Assembly: GCF_009914755.1 (NCBI RefSeq) | Contig: NC_060928.1 | DNA length: 64,000 nucleotides | Reading direction: 5' to 3' (one strand) | Origin: the human T2T-CHM13v2.0 reference genome, Homo sapiens | Shown here: positions 53,694 through 64,000 of the stretch, in pieces | Layout of the letters: every line of letters begins with the position of its first letter | Position numbering within the stretch: position 1 is the stretch's first letter | Position numbers and translations under genes: made by a program | Notes under the pieces: model-generated | Seen by the model: the letters and a program-made list of their open reading frames with translations, nothing else | Told to the model about the DNA's origin: nothing | The model's database searches: none

Positions 53694-55037
53694 CTTGATG
53701 ACTTGTACACCTTTTATTTAAATTTTCCTGAAGGAAAAACTAGATATTTGGGAGTGGAAGCGTTGTTACTGGAGGGCAAATGGCAAGGAGTACTGATATT
53801 AATAAACTTGTTTCTCAATTTAATTTTTATTTGCTATTATTTTTCAATTTTGTTACATTTTAATAGCATGAAAACTGTCTGGGTAGTTATTCATATTATG
53901 GCTTTACCAAATATGATTGTCACTTTAAGAATTTCTAAAACTTAAAGTATAATAATAATAAAAAAAGAATTTCTGCTGGTTTAATTTATGCATCACAAAC
54001 TTTAATTTTCTTTCTAAAGTTGTGTTCTGAAGGTTATCAAAAGTATTCAAAGGACTTCAAAAGTCGTATTTACCATTACTCAGAATATTCTATTATGTTG
54101 TTGCATACAGTCCTTCAGTTGTTATTATATTCCCCACATTGCTCCATTATAGGAGATTTCCTTAAAAGTCATGTAAAAAGATATAACTATGTAGCATATT
54201 TACCTTCCTAGCTTGGATTATTTCTCAGTTTCATTAATAAAATGAACAGTCAATAAGACTGTTTTCTTAGTGCATTGGTCAGCATTATTCAATACCTTAT
54301 TCCCAGTTCTATTTAGAGTTTCCAGATCCATAAAGTGAAAAAGATTGATCCCAACACTGATCTTGACTTTTTAGTTCAAGTAGAACTTAAGAAAATACTT
54401 TTAAGATGCTGTTGGCTCAAACACATATAAATATAAATATATATATAAAATATGTGTTTAATATATTAAATATTACATCAATAATTACATATTTATATAT
54501 AATTAGTGACTGATTTAAATTTTCCTGAACATAATATTATGTCTAGATGAAAAGTGAAAAGACCATTTGTCTTGTCATTTATCTTCAAAGTCTGAAAATG
54601 CATACATAGAAAATGTCCTGTTTTAAGCCTTTATATCTACTAGCATTCAAAATATACAAAAGATTTGGAAAGTTTTAAGAGATGACAGTGTTCAATTTTT
54701 AAAACGTAGCACACATGGGAGGAAGAAAGTAATTCCCAATCTTACCATTTTTAATAGAAAGTGCATAGATCTAAAAGAATAATTTGGGATTGTCATCAGG
54801 GGAAGACAATAATTTTAATTAGATTCAATCACAAGTAGTTGTAATCTTTCTCACTGTTCAGCATCTCACTGGAGTGAGTTCACCTGTCTTAGCAGCCTAT
54901 GAACACTCTGACCACCAGTGTACTATATGAGTCATATTGGAAGTGTACTGGAAATTCATGGCAGATCAAAAACCCAGAACATATACAATGTCTCACCATT
55001 TTTTTCAACCTAGATATATTATTTATTGTCCTATATA

Positions 55038-55041
<4 letters not shown>

Positions 55042-55073
<32 letters not shown>
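55042..55073. repeat. (GT)16 microsatellite
   Basis: Visible directly. Confidence 0.97.
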
Positions 55074-55078
<5 letters not shown>

Positions 55079-55411
55079 TGTTAGGCTGTTTTAATTCACC
55101 AGAAACTAAAACAAAAGTTTTAGTGATTGACTGCTGAATAAAGCACTTGTCAATGGAATGATTGAAGGAAAACACATTCATTCTCCAGTGTACATAATGC
55201 TGCTATAGGTGTCATTCCACTTCCGATTTGATCTGTTAATGAGCTAAAAAGGCAACCATATCCTTTCAATGTCCTATGAAGAATAGACCATTTTTTAAAA
55301 GTACATGTGAAAACCCTCCTAAAGCAACAAACAGTGAAGGGATACAAAGAATATCCCACCTTTTAGCTAATGTCCAAATATGCTTATTTTCATTTTTTTT
55401 TCCCTCTAAGG

Positions 55412-55589
55412 CAGTGGTTCTCAAAGTGTGAACTCCAAGACAAGCAGTGCCAGCATCACCTGGAATCTTGTTGAAAATGCAAATCTCTAGCCCCACCCCA
55501 AATCAGGAGGTTCAGAAACTGGTGGTGCAACCCAGGAATTTGTAAGGCCTCAATGTAATTCTCATGTAAGCTAAAGTTGAGAACCACTG
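55412..55589 (-). mobile_element. MER5A DNA transposon, both TIRs intact
   Basis: CAGTGGTTCTCAA...TTGAGAACCACTG; 8-bp hAT TSD CTCTAAGG / TTCTATGG. Confidence 0.92.
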
Positions 55590-58500
55590 TTCTATGGCCA
55601 TCTAGGAACAGAGGATACTTAAGTGTGTGTGAGTGTGTGTGTGTGGTGAAGATATGACGCAAAGATTAAAAATAGTTTATTTTCTAGTTGTGAGATTATG
55701 AATGCTTTGAAATTTTTTCTTAATACCTTTTTTTGGGCTGTGTACAACAATAACATATATTTCTATAAAAAGAACAACATAAATATGACAATAAAAGTAC
55801 TCAAGTGGTCAACAGTGAAAGTGAAACCTATTGTCATATCAAAGATTCTATATATTTCAGACAAGTTTTGAAACACTTATTTTAACCACCAGTATTCTCT
55901 ATTTGCAACAATAAAGATCTATCAGTCAAAATATTGTCAAATGATTTTGCTGATTATTGTTGCAGTTTATTTTTTATGAATCTTTGGTATTTCTGGCCCA
56001 TTTCGAATTGCTGGAGAGGACCTAAATTACAAGAAATCTGAGAAATATTTCATTTTATAATTTTTTAAAATACCAGACATGAGTGTTTACTCATATTAAC
56101 AAAATTTTCAAATGCTGAGGGAGTGTTAAGCAATGGAATGTATACAGAATGGCATTTAAGAACACTGGGGAGTTTCCATTAGAATATGAGTTCCAGGACA
56201 GTAGAAATTTTCATGAACCATATTAATGTTAGATTTCCAGTGCTGAGAAGATGGCTTAGTGAGTGGTCAGTAGTTGTTTGACGAAAGAATGACCTTGATT
56301 AAGTCATTTAATCCTGTGGCACCTCAGTTCTCTCACCCATAAAATTAACATCTTTGATTATGGAAAAATCCAGCATTATAATTCTGGGGTAATAGCTACC
56401 CCAAATAGCCTTGCCAAATACTAAATATAGGTAATTCTTATGTAAAATATTGTATTGGTCCTAAATGCAGCCTCTTATTTCCCTTTCTCTTCCTTATGTG
56501 AGTGCTTCTCTAAAGCAAATATGGACTGAGCAGAGAGAAAAATTGCATCACCTCTGAAATATCTTGAGGCGATACCCAAATAAATAAGTAGATAAATTGC
56601 TAATAAAAATGCTCAGTGAAAACAAAAATCATAAATACAGTCATTTTTTCCTGAGTGTTTCTCATCCATGGGATCTAGTGGAAAATAAAGAAATAATAGA
56701 ACCTGAGTTAATCAAATATCATATAAAATAGGTGTGGTTACATTTCAAACTTAGTTTTTCATCTTTTAAAAAATTCAATATGGAGGAGGATAGAATAAAT
56801 TTTAAAATCCATTATTTTTATTTAAAAATTGAAAACCCTATTACTTTTATTGATTAATTCTTTGGACAAAATTTGATTTTTCCATATATGCTGTTTAAAA
56901 TCTAAAATACAATTTTAATTTATCTCAGTTATCAACTTTACAACACTTTAGCCTGACCTCATTCCTATATATCATTGATTCTTTCATAAAGGGGTATCAC
57001 TTTTTATGTATTTTCTGACTATACAACTAACTCCTGCCCATTGTAGGTAATAGGCAAAATACAGAAAAAGGACAGGAGATAAAAGTTTTTAAAACACCAA
57101 ATCACAAAAATATTTACTAAAATACTTGGGCTTAAGTATGTTTATTTTTCATACTGTTACATTTTAAAATATGCCTAAATTCTGATGCAAAAAAAATCTA
57201 ATACATGTATATGTATTCAAATGTATTCAACTGTTCTAACATGACTCTTCTATTGGTTTTAAGCCAAGGTAATCCTTCTCTATTAGGAGTAATAAAAATC
57301 AAATACTCATATTTTTCTATTAAGATATTTATGATGCCACATTTTAATATCTAACATTTTAAATAATCTTAAATTTATTTTAGTGTTGGTTTTGACTCTA
57401 ATAGTATTTCAAATTTATATTTTCTTTAATGACCAATTATCTGAGCACCATTTTATTAAAAAGTCACTTTTTATTGAGTGATGTTAGATAACTAGAATCC
57501 AAGCACCTTTCAGATCATTTCTTTATTTTTCATAGTATCTACAGACATAACAGGATCAGACATGATAAAGGAAGAAGGTTCTAGAATAGGGTATCATGAA
57601 AACCTTAAAAACATTAGGTTTTAACTTCAGACCATCTCTATTGTCTCTACTATTTTTCCTTCAATGTTTAGTCCTATTTACTGAATTTTTGTCACTGAAA
57701 AAGGTTATTCTTATTATTTCATAATTGTTTGTATACATATATAGTATCATTTATTGAAGATTTATATTGTCATTGAGAGAGACATATACAGAGACTTTTA
57801 GAGGTGAATGAAAAACAATAATTAGATACAGGATTGCATTTCTCTCTTCTTCCAGCCTTGGAAGAAGGAAGAGCTGCTTACACTTCATAGCCTAGAATTA
57901 CTCTGTTCATTTCCCACCTACTTTAAGTGTTTAAACAGAAAATCTATCTTTTGGATCCTGTAAATAAAAATATAAATAAGCCCATATCAAGAATGCATAA
58001 GATTGGGAGAAAGGAGAAGTGAGAGCTTGCTCCTTGCTGCAGTCCCACTGATAAGAAAGAGTTGTCTTAAGAGAAAGCCAATTTGCTTTGGAAAAGATAC
58101 CCTAAAAAATGTCATTGTGTTTTCAAAAAAGAAAAGAACAAATGCAAAAGTGGATAAAAGGAAATATACTAGAGGGAAGCTCTTATTTGAGATATTTTTA
58201 TCTTCTAAACATTTACAGGAATCATTTGAAAAGGAAAAAATCATAAGACTAGAATAAATTAATGCAATTCCATCATCTTCAATTAATATGATTTATCATT
58301 AAAGTAATTCATTAAAATTTTAACAACAATAAAATGTTAAACACAGCAGTGTCAAAAACTTTGTTGGAAGATAAGGACCATGAAAAATTTCACTTAATAG
58401 GATCAATTTGACAAGACCTTATTACTAGGTTACTTTTCTCTGTGATATGAAGGGACTCTAGCCAAAGCCCTTCAATTCTACAACCATGTTTCATCTGTAA

Positions 58501-59180
58501 GCCCATATAATAGATTCATTTAGTCGGTGATCCATTTAAAACCATGTAAGAAAGCAGATAAGAAGCTGAGCATATAAATGTGATATATAACTGCATCAAG
58601 CAACTTTTCAGAAGGCACTTAGAAAATAATTTATGTGCCCATCACTGAATGTTATTTACTCAGCTGAAACATATAAATTAATGAACTACACTAGAAAAAG
58701 AAATATACAAAAAAAATGTTAAATGTGTTTATAAATATGGCCCAAATTTCTGTGAGAAATAATAATTCTGGTAGAAACCATGGAAAGTAATTCTGGAAAA
58801 ACCATATTTAAAATTATTGCCAATCTGAATGTTATGCTAGTATGAAATAGAAACACATGAACTAATAGAGCTGACATGTTGGGTAATAATTAATAGTCAA
58901 TTTCTTGATATATTTTCAATATATAAAAGTGCTTTTATTTCTCTTTAAATGTAAAATTGGAGGATGTGGCTATGAGAATTTTCCAAACAAAATGATTGAG
59001 TTTTGTTAACACAATCAGCAATGGCTCATATTTTCACAAGAATTTTATTTGTCAAAATTTCAGTTATTTCCCTGAATTTCATTTTACAAAACCATTTCCA
59101 TTCAAGGTAAAAAGAAACTTAAATAACATCTCCATTAGAGCTTATATCTTTCATCTCTCAGATTAGTACTCTAACTTAGC

Positions 59181-59587
59181 TGTGGTAATTACCTTACTCT
59201 AGCCAATTTTTGTTTTACAAAAGGCTCTGTGACTCAGTTGTCCCCATGTAACCCAATTCTGCACCACAGTCTTCTGGGAAAAGTTTTATACTCCCACCAA
59301 GAAGTAGGCAGCCCCTCTTACCCTCCTGGACATTACTGTACCTGAATATGATACCTGAACGAGTTTGCCAATATGACGTAGTCAAGTCTGCAGTAGAAGT
59401 TGTCATACAGAATGGCAGAATGTAGACGTTCAAAGAATCCGGCTGCTCAGTCTCATAATTAAGTAGCTGAATGCACCGGATGGAGCCATCTTACCTTTGA
59501 TTTCCTTCTGTGAGATGATGCATTAGTTTACTTTTAAATTTGAATTTGGTTTTCAGTTGCTTGTAGCACAAAGCACACTGGATAATA
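59181..59587 (+). mobile_element. MLT1J-like MaLR LTR
   Basis: TGTGACTCAGTT..CTTCTGGGAAAAGTTT..AATGGCAGAA..GTTTTCAGTTGCTTGTAGC..AAAGCA. Confidence 0.6.
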
Positions 59588-59842
59588 GTGAATGAGTGTA
59601 TATGCTCCATCAACTCCATTTAAGACAAGAAATCTTGCAGAACATATTGTTGGTAACAGTTGTAAATATTCTGGAAGATTACTGGAAAATGTTATACATA
59701 TTTATCTTAATAGACATAGCTTATACCTAAACAGTGTTATGATGTGCATAGCTTCACTGCACTTAAAGTAATCCATAGCAAATAACATCATGACTCATTC
59801 AATTAGATCCTCTTTTTCCCAATACTGTATAGTTATACTAGG

Positions 59843-60394
59843 TGACAGGGAACTTATCTGCCTGAAGAAAGTTTCTTCCAAATAATTGTGACCCTTTCCT
59901 TAGGAATCTCATCCATTAACCAGGAAACATTAAGCACTGGAGAAAAGACTAAAAGTTGTCACCACAACCAGACAGATTGTGTATCTATTCTCCTGATGAT
60001 AGTTTCAAGAAATTATCTGGGAGATTTTATCAATAAAATGAGAAAACCTTTGTTCACAGTGAAGCTCCACCCCTCAATTTCCTGCCACCTCCCCCAGAGT
60101 TCAGAAAAACTTTGTCTCAGCCCACGGTCTGTTCTTTGGGCTTATTTATTTTCCCTGAAAATTGTTTGCTACCCCTCACAGTTGCCTCCATCCCCTATCG
60201 TTCTCTCTGCTTTAAAGAGGGTGCTATTTAAGCATCAACAATCTAGTCCTTAAGTTTCAGATAGAGGGATTCCCATGTTCATGTGCACATTGATAAACAT
60301 ATATACCTTTTTTCTTGTTAATCTATTTACTGTCAGTTCATTTCAGCAGATTCTAGCCTTCAGAGGGGGAGGAAAAATTCTCTTGGCCCCTGCA
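59843..60394 (+). mobile_element. MER34-family ERV1 solo LTR
   Basis: AACCTTTGTTCACAGTGAAGCTCCACCCCTCA; TATTTAAGC (TATA-like); CCTTTTTTCTTGTTAATCT..CCTTCAGAGGG..TCTCTTGGCCCCTGCA. Confidence 0.7.
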
Positions 60395-61004
60395 ATCCCA
60401 TCAGGCTGACCCCAGAGGAGTTGGCCTCCTGAGAAGCTCTATGGAAAACAGTTTTAGCTCCTTGCTTAAGGTGATAAGTCCTGATCAGCTAACAGATTTG
60501 GACTTCAGCCCCAATTACACCAGGAGAAGGATGGATATTTTATACTTTTCCATACCAAAATGCCAATATGGCAAATCTGGAAGCTCATATGAGATGTTGT
60601 ACAGTCATAAAAAAAAGGTTTTGGACCTCAGCCTCCTAATTTTTCCAGACGTCCTAGTGCTCGTCTGTCACCAACAGGGTTGACTTGAAAGGCTTTAAAT
60701 AGAGCAACTGTTCCACAACACCACATTTCTAGTTTATCCTAATCTCTAATCACAATAGGGGAGGACCTAGTGCTTTTCCAACCATTACATTTAAAAGCCC
60801 CACAGCTCTAAAATCAGGGTCCCTCTCCAAAATCTGGTGTCCAATTCAGCCTTAGAATGCAGTCATAAATGGGAATCTCAAAACTTGCTTTTATTCTGCC
60901 ACTGTGTTTTCCCCAATGGCAGCTGATCCAATAGGTCTGCTGTGTGTGTGCTTGTCCATCTGTCTTTGCTTGCACAACACAGGTGGCAGATACATTTTAT
61001 TACA

Positions 61005-62520
61005 CCTCCAGAAAGTAGAGCAAAAAGATAGCAATGGAAAATAGGAAAGAAAAGATCAGTAAATTAGAGGGCAAATCCAGAAGTCCAATTTCTGAATAAA
61101 AGTACAGGATACATTCCACTGAGATAACAGAAGGCAACAAATTATAAACTAAATAATCATAATTGAAGTATATCAGTTCCCAAATTTAAAAGGGCTACCT
61201 AGAACCCAGCACAACAGATTGAAAACTCTAAGACAAAATATTGTAATTAGAACAAAGAAAAAATCTAACTGTCTTTCAGCAAGCAAATAAGCTTATTTGC
61301 AAAGGAAAGAAATCAAATGGCCTGGGCTTTCTCAACAGCAACACTGGAAGGAAGATGTCAATGGACCAATGGCTTCTAAAGGAAAATTATTTCCAATTTA
61401 GAGTTTTTTACCCTGCCAAAATCTAGAATATACTTTATTGACACATCAATTAAGTATGTGAGAAGAGTAAAGCATTTTTAGACATGAAAAGTCTCCAAAC
61501 TTTTGTGTTTAACAGACTCTTCTTCAGGGGACTGCTGGAAGAGGTCCCCAAGCAATATGAGCAAGTAAATAGCAGCCACAAAATAGAGAAAACTGAAGAC
61601 CCAGTCAAAAGAATAGTCAAGGATGTCTCTAAAATGGTGGTGAGATGAGAACCCAGGCTGGCAACCACACTAAGGCATAATAGGTTGATGCAGTAAGATT
61701 CAATCAGCAGGCATGCCATCATCATGCTTTTATGGTAATGAAACTACTGGAAGCTATTCTTTCCTATTAAAGTAGTAAATCAAAAAAGAGGCAGCCACGA
61801 GAAAAAAAAATCCATCAATATAAATAAGCAAATGAAGTATAATATACTGACAAAGAATGTCTTAGAATGAGAGTCACATGACAGCAACAAAGATAGAAAG
61901 GGTATAGTTATTTTAGGAGGAATGCTTTGAACAAACAAACGGAAGAAAATAATGTGAATAAAGAAATCACACCTTCTGTTGACCTCATTGAAAACCGAAC
62001 TAAAGTTTTATTGGAAGGTGTGAGGAAAAGTAGCAATAGATGCAAAGGAGATTAAGCCGATGAAAACTAATTGCCTAATTATTAATTTTAGGAAATAGAT
62101 TAAGAATGGAAAATGGATCAGAGCACACAATAATGCTCAAAAATGAACAATAGGGACAAAGGTATACTAATATAAATTCTTTTTTAATATTTTTGATTTA
62201 GTGAAAATATTAGCTAAATAAATTGGAGGATGGAGCAAGGCAACAAACGTGTGGATGCAACAAAACAACCAGGTCCTCATGATGATAAAAGGAAGTCAAT
62301 ACATAATATTATGCCACTAGCTGAAGAATTAATAGTTAGCAACTTTCCCATGTATTTAGAAATATAGAGATGTGTAAAAGCCAGAATAATGGTTTAAAAA
62401 TAGATCATGGTTGCATCAAAGGAGGGGAAATAGAGACAGAGACTTATTTTATTTTATTATGTCCTTTGAGCACTATTCAAGTCTTTAAAACTGTGTGCAT
62501 ACGCTACTCAGATAACTTAA
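61005..62520 (+). mobile_element. HAL1-like (L1-related) element
   Basis: CAGAAAGTAGAGCAAAAAGA..AATTAGAGG..TCCAG; TTCTCAACAGCAACACTGGAAG..; AATTATTTCCAA; ATTTTTAGACATG. Confidence 0.65.
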
Positions 62521-62679
62521 CAATTAATGCATAAAAGTAAACAAATACATCGGTTCTGTCCAATAGACCACACATCCCTCCCACATTCCTACTGAATCAT
62601 AGGCAAACTGAAAGAGGTGCCAAATATACTTTTGTCCTTCAGGTATCTTCAGGTAACTTGTAAAGTGGAAAGATTTTGG

Positions 62680-62840
62680 GTTATGGATTCAGAGAAACAT
62701 GGATTTCAATTTCACCTCCTGAATTTCTGATTTGTCACCTATCTCCAAGTGTGATAATATTTTTTATTACAAATTAAATAATACAAAAGTTAAGCTCTTA
62801 ACACATACCTAGCAAACAGTAAGTGATCATTATTTTTAGT
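62680..62840 (+). mobile_element. MIR fragment
   Basis: GGGTTATGGATTCAGAG..GGATTTCAATTTCACCTC..CTTAACACATACCTAGCAAACAGTAAGTG. Confidence 0.45.
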
Positions 62841-63809
62841 TCCCTCTCATCCTGGATAACATAATGCAGGCAGTAGAAAAGCCAACTACTGTATTTTCTT
62901 GATTCAAACATACATACCTTTCACTTTGCTGAGTTGAGGATAATCAACGGTGTCTTAAAACTGGCAGCTGCCATTTTTTTACATTTTTTATCCCTGAAAT
63001 TGGGCTGGTTTATAATAGCATCTTATACAAAAAATACGGTTTAAAAAATCAAAAACTAAAAGCACTAATTTTCCAAATGGAAAACCCTGAGTTCAGGCAC
63101 TGCTCACCACCTCACTGCTCCAAAAGACAAAACTTCAATGTGAAACAGGCCAAATACTTTAAATAAACATTTAGCTTATATGTAAAATTCTATTAATGAA
63201 TGAGGTACTTAGCCAACAAAATAATAGACATGAACAAGGATTGGAAAGTGGCATGAGAGTTAACATGGGGCCAGCCAGATGGGTGAGAGAGCAGAGGGTT
63301 TAAAAGTCACTGAAGATATTTATCCATAATTTATTCACATAACTAATACTACACAGCACATGTTATGTTCCAGGCATGGAAGAAGTCACCAGAATACAAC
63401 TGAGTCAAACGAGTACATGCTCTTCAGAACATTATTTGCTACTACTTGCTTCATATATTTTTTCCTCTTTCTAGCCTTCCCCTTTTCCTATTTTGTTCTT
63501 TTCCTCTTCTCTTGGTGATATCTATAAGCTCAACTTAAAAGTCTATGGAACTATCATAAACAGTCTATTTTCTCTACTGTTTTCTACAAATAAGCTGCTA
63601 AAAGCACCCTAACAATTATCTTTGTGCTTTATTAGAAATAACTTCTCAACTATACTAAAAATATCCATTATTTATAATGTACAGTCAATTACCCAAACAT
63701 AAGAAAATATGCTGTGTAAAATTACGCACTAATTTCTTAAAATAATTTCAAGTGCTTAATGTCTACTTGAAAAAAACATAGCCGCTCAATGCTGTTTACA
63801 TTTCATACA

Positions 63810-64000
63810 TTTATTTGCTCAGTTTGCAAGTTTTTAATAAGCATCTACTATTAGCCAGGCATAGACCTAGGTTTTGGGCTTAACAAGCACTCCATAAAAT
63901 ATAAAAGCAGAGGAAAAAGAATATTAGTGAAGAGCATCAGATAGTGATAGGTAATAAATGATATGGAGAAGGGAGAAAGTAGGAAAGATAAATAAGAGAA
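63810..64000 (-). mobile_element. L2 3' fragment (runs off the window)
   Basis: CATTTCATACATTTATTTGCTCA..TAATAAGCATCTACTATTAGCCAGGCAT..TCAGATAGTGATAGGT. Confidence 0.5.

Noticed and set aside
55150-55290. Possible minus-strand exon (acceptor ttcttcatag near 55274)
   Set aside because: No convincing donor and no recognisable peptide; too weak to report.

Overview
Primate (human-like) nuclear DNA: AT-rich and CpG-depleted, intronic or intergenic. I found no protein-coding gene, tRNA, rRNA or CRISPR array. The ORFs I could assign come from Alu, L1, LTR or microsatellite sequence, and the rest match no protein I recognise. About half of the window is interspersed repeat: 12 Alus (J, S, Y), a near full-length TSD-bounded L1MA1-3-type element (21.5-29.0 kb), several older L1, HAL1, L2 and MIR relics, MaLR/ERVL/ERV1 solo LTRs, and hAT-Charlie DNA transposons. 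The most unusual structure is an old L1 at 13.4-17.7 kb whose ORF2 appears cut into five pieces, reordered and partly inverted, with inverted duplications of ~119 bp and 13 bp at the junctions. Other oddities are an orphan L1PA7-type promoter head, two palindrome-rich AT/TA expansions, a head-to-head MLT1C/MLT1D LTR pair and a few candidate minus-strand exons. I see no evidence for a new gene system. Subfamily names were recognised by eye from remembered consensus sequences, and boundaries of old elements are approximate.
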